From Kiritimatiellia bacterium (GTDB lineage: Bacteria > Verrucomicrobiota > Kiritimatiellia > RFP12 > UBA1067), in contig JBMNFY010000004.1 of NCBI GenBank assembly GCA_050949565.1, positions 71,821 to 135,820 of the forward strand: 64,000 nt of DNA, read 5' to 3'. The position numbers and the translations under genes are program-made. This document shows, one piece after another, positions 1 to 9,083 of the stretch. The notes beneath the pieces were generated by a model, which had not been told where the DNA came from, did no database searches, and saw nothing but the letters and a program-made list of their open reading frames with translations. The stretch's first letter is position 1; each line of letters opens with the position of its first letter.

Positions 1-129
1 TTGGAGCACGAGATTGAGCGTCTGATGAACGATGCAGAGGCGCGCCGCGCTCTGGGCGCCCGCGCCACGGAAGCCGTGTTGCGCCGCAAAGGGGTGGTTG
101 ACCGCTGTGCGGAGTTCATTAGTGCATGA
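1..129 (+). CDS. waaA: 3' end of a glycosyltransferase, probably Kdo transferase (partial, runs off window)
   Basis: Frame 1 reads LEHEIERLMNDAEARRALGARATEAVLRRKGVVDRCAEFISA*, resembling the WaaA/GT-B C-terminal helix; only 42 aa visible. Confidence 0.5.
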   Translation: MEHEIERLMNDAEARRALGARATEAVLRRKGVVDRCAEFISA

Positions 130-159
130 GTTCATTAGTGCATGAGTTCATTAGTGCAT
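112..159 (+). repeat. Tandem 16-mer (GAGTTCATTAGTGCAT)x3 overlapping the upstream stop codon
   Basis: Three exact copies; related 8-mer array in inverted form at 31151-31190. Confidence 0.9.
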
Positions 160-265
160 TATTTTGTCGTCGCGCCGCGCACGGCACAACAATCATGTCA
201 ATCGGGTCAGTCATGTCTAAAAAACGGGCGTTTCTTTGCGGCTGTTCTTTGCTAAACTACTTCCC

Positions 266-1453
266 ATGACATCTATCACTCTTCATCCTAATCGGGATTT
301 TTCCGTAGTTCGCCGGCATCCGTGGGTTTTTTCTGGTGCGATATGCAGCGTGGACGGCGCGCCGGAACCTGGCGAAAGCGTGCGGGTCATCGCCGCCGAC
401 GGCAAGCCGCTCGGCACGGGCGCGTTTTCGCCTGCGTCGCAGATCCGCGTGCGCATGTGGTCGTTCGATCCCGAGGTCACGGTGGATGACGCGTTTGTCA
501 GCGACCGCATCGCGCGTGCTGTGGGTGCGCGTGCGGGGTTCTTGGGCGACGGAGCAACAAATGCTTTTCGGCTGATCAATGCGGAAGCGGACGGTGTTCC
601 GGGGTTGATCGCCGACCGCTATGCTGATTGGATCGTCTGCCAGTTCACGACTGTAGGGGCCGAGTACTGGAAGCGTGTGATCGTTGACGCACTCCAGCGC
701 TACTTCCCCTGTCGCGGCATCTACGAGCGCTCGGATATGGAGGCGCGCGCACATGAGGGGCTGCCGCAGGTTTCTGGCGTGCTGGCGGGTGAGCCGCCGC
801 CGGAGCGGATCGAGATCGTGGAGAACGGATGCCGCTATCAGGTGGATGTGCGGGCCGGACACAAGACTGGGTTTTATCTGGATCAGCGCGAAAACCGCGA
901 GCGTATCAAGCGGTACGCTAACGGGGGTGACGTGCTCAACGCCTTTTCCTATACGGGCGGCTTCGGGATCGCGGCGGTCGCGGCCGGTGCGGCCTCGGTC
1001 ACGCATGTCGATCTCTCGGCAGAGGCATTGGCACTCGCTAAATCCAATACCGCGCTCAATACGTGTCACGTCGAGGAGTCATCCTTCATTCAGGGCAATG
1101 TGTTCGAGGTGCTGCGTACGTTTCGCGATCAGGGACGCAGCTTCGACTTGGTGGTGCTGGACCCTCCCAAGTTTGCAGAGTCCAAGGGAAGCCTGATGAA
1201 AGCGTCGCGCGGCTACAAGGATATCAATCTGCTGGGCATCAAGCTGCTGCGTCCCGGCGGCGTGCTGGCCACATTCTCGTGTTCCGGTTTGATGACGCCG
1301 GATCTGTTCCATAAGGTCGTCGCCGACGCGGCGGTGGACGCGAAGCGTGATATTCAAGTGATCGCGCGGTTACAGCAAGCCGAGGATCATCCAGAAGGGC
1401 TCTGCTTCCCAGAAGGGCTCTATCTCAAAGGGCTCCTCTGCCGCGCGTGGTAA
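266..1453 (+). CDS. rlmI: 23S rRNA m5C1962 methyltransferase (RlmI family)
   Basis: PUA-like RRHPWVFSG, GHKTGFYLDQRENR, VLNAFSYTGGF, VLDPPKFA, ATFSCS, EGLYLKG; ATG 266 preferred over TTG 236. Confidence 0.9.
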   Translation: MTSITLHPNRDFSVVRRHPWVFSGAICSVDGAPEPGESVRVIAADGKPLGTGAFSPASQIRVRMWSFDPEVTVDDAFVSDRIARAVGARAGFLGDGATNAFRLINAEADGVPGLIADRYADWIVCQFTTVGAEYWKRVIVDALQRYFPCRGIYERSDMEARAHEGLPQVSGVLAGEPPPERIEIVENGCRYQVDVRAGHKTGFYLDQRENRERIKRYANGGDVLNAFSYTGGFGIAAVAAGAASVTHVDLSAEALALAKSNTALNTCHVEESSFIQGNVFEVLRTFRDQGRSFDLVVLDPPKFAESKGSLMKASRGYKDINLLGIKLLRPGGVLATFSCSGLMTPDLFHKVVADAAVDAKRDIQVIARLQQAEDHPEGLCFPEGLYLKGLLCRAW

Positions 1454-1471
1454 GGGGAGAAGGGGGAATCG

Positions 1472-2227
1472 ATGACGTTGACGTTGGTTATACCGGTTTA
1501 CAAGGAGCATCTCAGGTTCGAGAGTTCGCTGCGGCAGATCGTCGCGTTTATGGCGGAGGAGAAGGCGCAGGGGGTTGAGATCGACGTGGTTTTTGTGGAC
1601 GACGGATCGCCCGAGGCGAGCGCGGCGGTCATCAACGATTTGATTTCCGACCGTAACGATCCCCGCATGCGGTTGCTCCGCTATGCGGTGAATCAAGGTA
1701 AGGGGTATGCGGTTCGCACTGGTATCTTGGCCGCTGGCGGCGAGTTGATATTGATGTCGGACGCGGATTTGTCGACCCCGCTGCAGGACTGGCGCAAGCT
1801 CAAGGATGCGCTGGACGCAGGCGCGGACATTGCTTGCGGTTCGCGCGCGGTGCGCGGTGCGCACATCGGCAAGCCGCCGCCGTTTCATCGGCGTGTGCTG
1901 AGCCGCATCTTCAATTTGCTGGTCCGTTTGGCCGGTGTCCATAACTTCAAAGACACGCAGTGCGGCTTCAAGCTCTTCCGTGCCGAGCCTGCAAAAATCA
2001 TCTTTGAAAGGATGCGTACGCGACGCTTCGCGTTTGATGTCGAGATGATTGCCATGGCGCGGGATCTGGGCTACAACGTGGCAGAGGTGCCGGTGCGCTG
2101 GGACTACAGCGGGCACTCTACGGTGAAGGTGTTTTCGAGTGGCAGTCGCATGTTGATTGACCTGTTGCGCCTGGCCGTGCGGCGATGGATATTCGGGCGG
2201 ACGAAAGCGCGGCGCGCGGAACGCTGA
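1472..2227 (+). CDS. GT2 polyprenyl/dolichyl-phosphate glycosyltransferase
   Basis: VIPVYKE, VDDGS, NQGKGYAVRTG, MSDADLS, DTQCGFKLF, FAFDVE. Confidence 0.9.
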   Translation: MTLTLVIPVYKEHLRFESSLRQIVAFMAEEKAQGVEIDVVFVDDGSPEASAAVINDLISDRNDPRMRLLRYAVNQGKGYAVRTGILAAGGELILMSDADLSTPLQDWRKLKDALDAGADIACGSRAVRGAHIGKPPPFHRRVLSRIFNLLVRLAGVHNFKDTQCGFKLFRAEPAKIIFERMRTRRFAFDVEMIAMARDLGYNVAEVPVRWDYSGHSTVKVFSSGSRMLIDLLRLAVRRWIFGRTKARRAER

Positions 2228-2241
2228 GACGCGCGGGGCGC

Positions 2242-2399
2242 GATTTGGGATTTAGGATTTAGGAGTTAGGAGTTTAACGCAGAGACGCAGAGATTTTTGG
2301 GAGGGTGCTGCTCGGTTGTTTCACGCGATGGAAAACTTTGTGGCCTTCGTGGCCTTTGTGTGAGATTGAATTGGGTTGCGGGCTGCGCCCGCGTTGGTT
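2242..2399. repeat. Intergenic mosaic of TTTAGGA heptamers, ACGCAGAG-type repeats and the GAGATTGAATTGGGTTGCGGGC module
   Basis: 2328-2399 nearly identical to 42952-43022 and similar to the reverse complement of 59490-59548. Confidence 0.85.
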
Positions 2400-2432
2400 G
2401 TCAACACGCAATCGGGAGGGACGAAGAAGAGT

Positions 2433-5400
2433 ATGAAGAAATGCTTGGTGTGGAGTGCTGTTTTTTTGGCCGGGATCGCAAGTGCGGCCGGTATCGTTGA
2501 GGGAGAGAAGTCGCTGCCGCTCGTCCAGGATGTGGATGTGGTGGTGATCGGCGGTTCGTCCGGTGCCGTGGCGGCGGCGCTCAAAGCGGCGGAGGCCGGT
2601 GCCAAGGTTTTTGTGGCCGCGCCGCGGCCCTATCTCGGTGAGGATATGGCGGGTAAGCTCAGGTTGCGGCTCGCCAGTGACGATGACACCCGTTGTGGGC
2701 TGATCACGAAGATGTTCATGCCGGAAAAGCGCCGTCCTGAGTCGTTGCCCTTCACGTACAAGGCCGACAAGGTATCGGCCGCAGCGCACAAGGATATCGA
2801 CGGCAAGATGTTGGCGGACGGCAAGTGGACTGACGCGCCTATCCACAGTGTGCAGTTTGAGGAGGATGTCTCGTTCGAGCTGGATCTAGGGGCTGTGGTT
2901 GAACTGGGTTCATTTGTCGCTGCGGTTTTTCATCGCGAGTGGGGGTCGGGCTTTGCGACCGCCAAAATCCGCGTGTCTGGTAGTCAGGATAAACAAAGCT
3001 GGAAGGTGCTGGGCGAGACAACGGAGCGCGTGAGAGAGTTGGAGCCGGAGTGTGCGACTTTCACCCTGCCGCTGGTCGGCAAACACCGCTACCTTAAGGT
3101 CGATGCGATACTCGACGCCAGCATGAAGCGGCAGTTGCTCGGTGAGTTCTACGTGTATCCGGCCAAGGAGTCGGCGGCCGGCCAAGGAATCGCCGATCAG
3201 ACGTCGCCGTTGAAAGTCAAGAAGACGTTGGATACGGCGCTGCTGAAGGCTGGTGTGCCCTTCCTTACCGGTACGCACGCGACCGAACCGCTGATCGACA
3301 GCGCCGGCAAGCTGTCGGGGGTGGTGATCGCAAACCGCAGCGGACGCCAAGCGATCAAAGCCAAAGTGGTGATCGATGCCACGGAGCGCGGTCTAATGGC
3401 GCGGGCGGCGGGTGGTCAGGCAACGCCTTTCCCAGCCGGCACCTACACCTTCAAGCGCGTTGTGGTGGCGGGCGAGGCCCCGCGTGCCGAGGGTCTGCGC
3501 GTCAAAGAGCTGTTCGGTCTCTACGATGCGCGCATTACCGGCATTAAGCCGCCCAAAGGCTCACCTGAGTCAATTGCGGGCCGAATGTTCGAGTGCGAGA
3601 TTGATCTGCCGATGAAGGATGGTTCTGCTCGTTCGTTTGCCGAGGCGGAGCAGAAGGCGCGTGACCTGACCTTCGTGCCAAGCCAGTTGGAGTCGGCCGA
3701 TACGCTGTCGCTGGTGCACCCCGACCGCATCCAGGGTCAGGCGTCATCGCAGGCGCCTTGGCCTGGTGCCGATGCGATTGACCTGAAGGCCTTTCAGCCG
3801 GCGGGTACGGAGTTCCTGTTTGTGCTGAGTGCCATGGCCGATCTGTCGCGGCAGGCGGCCGAGCAACTGATGAAGCCCGGCAACCTGATGGCCGTGGGTG
3901 AGCGTCTGGGAACGGAAGCCGCCAAGCTGGCGGCGCGCCGCCCGGCTCTGGGCAACGTGCGTGTGGCTGGCGGGAAGCTGTCCGCGCCGCGTACCGCCGT
4001 GAAAGTTGGCGAACACTCTAGAACCCTGCCGCCCTACCTGTCGAACACCTCCGGTTCTGTCACGGCGGAAGCGCGCGAGCTGCCGGTGCTGGCCGAGTGC
4101 GATGTTATGGTGGCCGGTGCCGGCACCGGCGGAGGGCCGGCGGGTATCGCCGCCGCGCGCCACGGTGCACGTACGATCGTGTGCGAATACATCTACCAGA
4201 TGGGTGGCGTGCAGACCGATGGCCTGATCGGCATCTACTACTGGGGCAACCGCGTGGGCTTCACCAGCGTGATTGATCAGGGCGTGAAGGAGACAGGTCT
4301 TGTTTTTTCGCAGAGCAAGTCCGAGTGGTACCGCAGTCAGAACCGCAAGGCCGGCGCCGAAATCTGGTACGGCACGATGGTGACCGGCGTGGTGGTCGAG
4401 AACGGCGCGGTGACCGGCGTGGTGGTGGTGACGCCGGATGGCGAGCGTGGTGTGATCCGCTGCAAGGTGGCGATCGACGGTACCGGCAACGCCGAGTTGG
4501 CCGCGCTGGCGGGCGAGGAGACGGAGTTTATCACGGCCGACGAACTCGTGCTGCAAGGGGTGGGAATGACACCGCGCCTGATGGGCGCCAGTTACACGAA
4601 TACCGACATCGGTTTCGTGGACGACACTGACGCCGCCGACCTCTGCTTCTTTGCGCTGCGCTCTCGTTACAGCATGCGCGAGGGGATCTGGGACCAGGCG
4701 CAGGTCATCAACAGCCGCGAGCGCCGCCGCCTGATCGGCGCGTTCTACATGACGCCGCTCGACGTCGTGAACGAGCGCACCTACCCCGATGTGATCGTGC
4801 AGCCGTACAGTAACTTTGACTCGCACGGCCACACCGTGCACGAGCAGTTTTTCATTGAAGATCCGGGGCACCACGGTATGCGGGTCAACCTGCCCTATCG
4901 CTGTCTGCTGCCGAAGAAACTGGAGGGCCTGCTGGTGACGGGGCTCGGCATCAGCGCCCACCGCGATGCCATGCCGATCCTGCGTATGCAGCCGGACGTG
5001 CAGAATCAGGGTTACGCGGCTGGCACCGCCGCCGCGATGGCCATCAAGGCCGGCGTCACGGTGCGCAAGGTGGATATGAAGGCGCTGCAGCGGCATCTGG
5101 TCGAGATGAAGATCGTGCCGTCGGAGGTGCTGACCATGAAGGACTCTTTCCCGCTGCCGGATTCGCGTTTTGCGGAAGCGGTGAAGAGCCTGCCCGACGC
5201 CTATCAAGGGCTCGGCGTGGTGATGACCGATGCCGCGCGTAGCGTGCCGCTGATGAAGGCGGCCTTCAAACAGGCGAGCAAGCCCGAGGAGCGTTTCGTC
5301 TATGCCCACGTTTTGGCCATGATGGGACATGCGGACGGCGAGCGTGACCTGATCGAAAAGGTGGAGGCGATCGAGTGGGACAAGGGCTGGAACTTCCGCG

Positions 5401-5858
5401 GCATGGGGCAGTTCAACCGTAGCGTGAGCTGGGTGGACAGCTACATTATCGCGCTGGGTCGCGCCCGTTCCAAGCAGGCGGTTGCCGCGATCATTCGGAA
5501 GGCGAATGCGCTCGACGCTTCCCACGAGTTTTCTCACTTCCGTGCCGTGGCTATGGCGCTGGAGGCGATCGGTGACCGTTCGGCGGCGCCTGTGCTGGGT
5601 GCGCTGCTCGCCAAAGAGGGCGTGGGCGGCTACTCATTTACGATGCAGGCCGACCTGCCGGTGATCAAGAACTACTCGAACCGTGAAGGCGACATCGAGC
5701 GCTCCAATTGTCTGCGTGAACTCTCGGTGGCGCGCGCCTTGTACCGTTTGGGTGATCATCAGGGCCTAGGCGAAAAGACGTTGCGCGCCTATGCGCATGA
5801 TCCGCGCGGCGCGTACGCGACGCACGCGACGCTTGTGTTGGAAGAGGGGAGAAAATAG
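2433..5858 (+). CDS. Secreted FAD-dependent oxidoreductase with two FAD_oxidored-like domains, an inserted discoidin/F5-8-like domain and a helical C-terminus
   Basis: Signal peptide MKKCLVWSAVFLAGIASA; VVVIGGSSGAVAAA / VVIDATERG and VMVAGAGTGGGPAGIAAA / AIDGTGNAEL; LPYRCLLPK; QNQGYAAGTAAAMA. Confidence 0.85.
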   Translation: MKKCLVWSAVFLAGIASAAGIVEGEKSLPLVQDVDVVVIGGSSGAVAAALKAAEAGAKVFVAAPRPYLGEDMAGKLRLRLASDDDTRCGLITKMFMPEKRRPESLPFTYKADKVSAAAHKDIDGKMLADGKWTDAPIHSVQFEEDVSFELDLGAVVELGSFVAAVFHREWGSGFATAKIRVSGSQDKQSWKVLGETTERVRELEPECATFTLPLVGKHRYLKVDAILDASMKRQLLGEFYVYPAKESAAGQGIADQTSPLKVKKTLDTALLKAGVPFLTGTHATEPLIDSAGKLSGVVIANRSGRQAIKAKVVIDATERGLMARAAGGQATPFPAGTYTFKRVVVAGEAPRAEGLRVKELFGLYDARITGIKPPKGSPESIAGRMFECEIDLPMKDGSARSFAEAEQKARDLTFVPSQLESADTLSLVHPDRIQGQASSQAPWPGADAIDLKAFQPAGTEFLFVLSAMADLSRQAAEQLMKPGNLMAVGERLGTEAAKLAARRPALGNVRVAGGKLSAPRTAVKVGEHSRTLPPYLSNTSGSVTAEARELPVLAECDVMVAGAGTGGGPAGIAAARHGARTIVCEYIYQMGGVQTDGLIGIYYWGNRVGFTSVIDQGVKETGLVFSQSKSEWYRSQNRKAGAEIWYGTMVTGVVVENGAVTGVVVVTPDGERGVIRCKVAIDGTGNAELAALAGEETEFITADELVLQGVGMTPRLMGASYTNTDIGFVDDTDAADLCFFALRSRYSMREGIWDQAQVINSRERRRLIGAFYMTPLDVVNERTYPDVIVQPYSNFDSHGHTVHEQFFIEDPGHHGMRVNLPYRCLLPKKLEGLLVTGLGISAHRDAMPILRMQPDVQNQGYAAGTAAAMAIKAGVTVRKVDMKALQRHLVEMKIVPSEVLTMKDSFPLPDSRFAEAVKSLPDAYQGLGVVMTDAARSVPLMKAAFKQASKPEERFVYAHVLAMMGHADGERDLIEKVEAIEWDKGWNFRGMGQFNRSVSWVDSYIIALGRARSKQAVAAIIRKANALDASHEFSHFRAVAMALEAIGDRSAAPVLGALLAKEGVGGYSFTMQADLPVIKNYSNREGDIERSNCLRELSVARALYRLGDHQGLGEKTLRAYAHDPRGAYATHATLVLEEGRK

Positions 5859-5868
5859 TGGCGAAACC

Positions 5869-8800
5869 CTATTCGGACTCGACCAGCACGCGGAACCCGA
5901 CATCGTAGACCCGTTGCCACGGAGCATACGGCACGCGCGCCGCGAAGGTGGCGTAGCGCGGGCGTTTCCACCATGAACCGCCGCGAGCGATTGCGCGCCC
6001 ATCCGGCAGCCGGTCTGTGGTCCACTCCCAGACGTTGCCGTGTACGTCGCGCAGGCCCCAGGCGTTGGGAGCGAAGCGGCCAACCGGCGACGAGACGCGG
6101 AAGCCGTCCGACACGTTGGTGATGGCCGGTCGCCATGCCGGGATGGCTGCGCCGGGCATGTTGCCGCGCAGCCGTTCCATCTTGTGGAACACGGCGTCGG
6201 CCAAGTTGGCGTGTGCGCTGAAGTCTGCGTCAACCGCGCCGTATGACATCGGTGTGGCGGCGCCCGCGCGCGCGGCCCACTCCCATTCGTCGCCGCTCGG
6301 CAAGCGCACGCGCAAACCGCTGCGCTGCGCGGCGAAACGACAGAAGGCGGAGGCGGCATCGAACGACACGCGGCAGACTGGCTGCGTCGGTGTGTTGAGC
6401 GGATAGCCGCGCTCTTCCTGCGTGAACTGCATGTATTCGCCCCGCTCCAGGAAGCTGTCGTGATGCGGGTCAAAGCGCGCGTACTGTTCGTTGGTCACTT
6501 CGTCTACACTGATCCAGAATGGTTGCTTGATCGTGACATGGCGTCCGTCGGCGGCGGCGTAGGCGCCGGCCGGGATGCGCGTCAGCGTGAGTGAGACGCC
6601 GTCGCCCAAATCGAGCGTGCGCGTGACCGCGCCAAGCGCTTGTTGCTTGGCGCGAGCGGCGGCCGCGTCGAAGGGCCACCCCGGCACGGCAGGTGCAGGC
6701 GGAGGCGGGGGCGGCGGATCTCCAGGCGGCAACGCCGGAGCGGCCAATTTAGCGACGCCGTACGTGACTTCGTGTGCCTCGTCCAAGTTGGCGTAGCGGC
6801 GCTGCATTTCCGCGCGGCGTTCGGCGACCCGTCCCATGCGCTTGGCACCGACGTTCTCGCTCCATGTGCCGTGATTGGGACGGTTCATGTCGATCCAGGT
6901 GGTCAGCCGGTCCCACGATTCTGCGTCTAGGCGCACGCCGTGGTGATTGGCCTCAAGGATCTGAAACAGTTCGGTCGTTGACACATGGAAGTTGCAGGGC
7001 GTCTGCAAGTGGTTGTCGCCTTCCTGAGTCTGACTGCGGATGTAGGCGCAGAGCGCTAGGTAAGCCGGCGGGAAAAGATTGTTCGCGTTGATGTAGTAGA
7101 CCTCCTTGGTCTTGATGGAGACGCCGGGACGCAACGTGAAATCGGGGCGGCCGGCACGACCGTCGTGGCAACGCACGCAATAGCGGTCCAGCACGGGTTG
7201 CACCTCACGGTTGAAGGCGACGCCGCGTTCGGGGCCGTACCACGGCTGGATCTGCGAGGGCGGCCGCTCCATGGCCTGCATGCGACGCGTCGAGCCGATG
7301 CTGCTGTTTTGCGGCTCGTGGCAGCCGGAGCAGGATTGCAGTTCGCCGGGCATGACCGTCAGCCAACTCCGCATCAGTTGTAGCGCGCGTCCCTGTTCGT
7401 CGAGCGGTTGGAGTGAGATCGGCGTGTTTGCCGGCACCTCGAAATAGGCCGATCCGTCTGACTCGACCGGCACGGTGCCCATGATGCGCACTACATCCCA
7501 CGGACCGTCGAAGCCGACGCGGTCGGTCTCGGAGCCCATGCCGCGGTAGGCGTAGGAGTAGGTCATCAACCGCAGTGATTTGACGGTGCCGCGCGGCACA
7601 CCGGCAAGGCCGGGGCCTTCGTAGATGTCCACGACTTTGACCCGCCCGTGTTTTTCCGCAAGATTCACATGGTCTTGCAACACGACTGGTCGCGGAATCG
7701 GCTGGACTGGAATCGGCTCGAAGAGGGCTTGCCCCGGCTCCTCATGGATGAGCGTGATGTTGTCGAAGGTATCAACGAGATACAAGCCCCACAGCGCATC
7801 GGGCTCCGGTTTGCAAGCGGTGAGGATGTAACCGCCGCCTAACGGCCAAGGGTGCAGAAACTTGGGCCATGAGTCATCGACCAATTCGTCCTTGACTCGG
7901 TTTTCGACCGGCTGACCGCGACCGGGGATGCGCTGAATCACGCCTTGTGTTTCGCGCCGTCCCATTGCGGGGTCGAACATCACCAGTTCGCCCATGCGTG
8001 GCACGCCATGGTGACCCGAAACGATGGCGGTGAAGCGACGAGGGTCTCCGGGAACGGGGCGCGCGTAGAAGAGCGCGTTGGGCCAGTAGCAGTTACTGCC
8101 GTACAGTTCGCGCTGGCCGGTGCCGTCGGGATTTAGGGTGAAGAGCAGACGCGAGACATAATGTACGATGCCGCTGTACTCCCAGCGCAGGTACATGATG
8201 CGCCCGTCCGGCATCTGCGTGGGATACCAGTTGTGGTCTTGGTCGAAGGTCAGCCGACGGATCGAGCCGTCAGCAGGCATCCAGCGGTAGAGCGCAGCAA
8301 CGTACGAGGAGCCGACCACACACGGCACACCGATAAACGTGGCGTTGGAGAGAAAGATCACCGAGTCGTCGGCCAGCCAGCAACCGGCGTAGTTGTCGAC
8401 ATCATCGTCCGGAATGAAGGGGAACATCTTGGGCTGTGCTGGCGCGGCGAGGTCCAACTCATAGACGCGGTGCAGGCGCTTTTCATTTTCGCCGGTGAAC
8501 ATCAAACGGTGCGCGTCCCAGTGGAGTTGCAGATCGCCGATGTAGGTGCCGGGCTCGGCACGATGCAGCGAGGTCACCGTTGGTGTGTCGCGCAGACCGG
8601 TAAGAAATGCGATTTCGTTGGTGAGTCCTCTGCGGTTGACATCGCGTTGCTGCTGCCAATTCTGCGGCAGAGCCAGATTGTTGGCCCCGCGACGTATCAG
8701 CAAGAACCGGTCGGCATCCAGCAACGGATTGGCCAGCAGTGCGGAGCGGACCTGCCGCACCAGTGCGTCGGCTTCTGCAACTGCGGCGGGGTCCTGCTTG

Positions 8801-9063
8801 TCAAGGCGCTCCATGAACGCATCGCGGCGCGTGCCGAGAGTTGCGCACCATGCGCGGTCCGTCTGACCGCAACGTTGCGGCCAGCGAGCAGCCATGTCCT
8901 CCAGCGCCAGCCGTACTGCTTCCGGTTGGATGCGGGCGAGACGGCGACGCACCTCTGCCGGTTGGATGACGGGTTCAGCCGCATGGCACGCGAATGCGGT
9001 CAGCATGACCAAAAGTGGCGGGATGCGTTTCACGAGAGTCCCCTTTTTAAGTGTAGTGTCCAT
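5869..9063 (-). CDS. Exported HzsA-like (beta-propeller plus middle domain) di-heme protein fused to a C-terminal FGE/SUMF1 domain
   Basis: DGRIMYLRWEY, GTVPVESDGSAYFEVPANTPISLQPLD, heme motifs CSGCH and CVRCH, FGE motifs RLPSGDEWEWAARAG and NAWGLRDVHGNVWEW. Confidence 0.85.
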   Translation of the reverse strand: MDTTLKKGTLVKRIPPLLVMLTAFACHAAEPVIQPAEVRRRLARIQPEAVRLALEDMAARWPQRCGQTDRAWCATLGTRRDAFMERLDKQDPAAVAEADALVRQVRSALLANPLLDADRFLLIRRGANNLALPQNWQQQRDVNRRGLTNEIAFLTGLRDTPTVTSLHRAEPGTYIGDLQLHWDAHRLMFTGENEKRLHRVYELDLAAPAQPKMFPFIPDDDVDNYAGCWLADDSVIFLSNATFIGVPCVVGSSYVAALYRWMPADGSIRRLTFDQDHNWYPTQMPDGRIMYLRWEYSGIVHYVSRLLFTLNPDGTGQRELYGSNCYWPNALFYARPVPGDPRRFTAIVSGHHGVPRMGELVMFDPAMGRRETQGVIQRIPGRGQPVENRVKDELVDDSWPKFLHPWPLGGGYILTACKPEPDALWGLYLVDTFDNITLIHEEPGQALFEPIPVQPIPRPVVLQDHVNLAEKHGRVKVVDIYEGPGLAGVPRGTVKSLRLMTYSYAYRGMGSETDRVGFDGPWDVVRIMGTVPVESDGSAYFEVPANTPISLQPLDEQGRALQLMRSWLTVMPGELQSCSGCHEPQNSSIGSTRRMQAMERPPSQIQPWYGPERGVAFNREVQPVLDRYCVRCHDGRAGRPDFTLRPGVSIKTKEVYYINANNLFPPAYLALCAYIRSQTQEGDNHLQTPCNFHVSTTELFQILEANHHGVRLDAESWDRLTTWIDMNRPNHGTWSENVGAKRMGRVAERRAEMQRRYANLDEAHEVTYGVAKLAAPALPPGDPPPPPPPAPAVPGWPFDAAAARAKQQALGAVTRTLDLGDGVSLTLTRIPAGAYAAADGRHVTIKQPFWISVDEVTNEQYARFDPHHDSFLERGEYMQFTQEERGYPLNTPTQPVCRVSFDAASAFCRFAAQRSGLRVRLPSGDEWEWAARAGAATPMSYGAVDADFSAHANLADAVFHKMERLRGNMPGAAIPAWRPAITNVSDGFRVSSPVGRFAPNAWGLRDVHGNVWEWTTDRLPDGRAIARGGSWWKRPRYATFAARVPYAPWQRVYDVGFRVLVESE

Positions 9064-9083
9064 GCTCGTTGAAAGTTAATCAT

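Noticed and set aside
3744-5537. Long antisense ORFs (also 22846-24186, 32290-33393, 38794-39915, 45148-46365, 52202-53104, 59944-61017)
   Set aside because: Shadow frames of GC-rich genes with no motifs; the opposite strand has a clear family match.
5869-9063. Anammox hydrazine synthase
   Set aside because: No hzsB/hzsC neighbours, and the FGE fusion and glycan context indicate the non-anammox homolog family.
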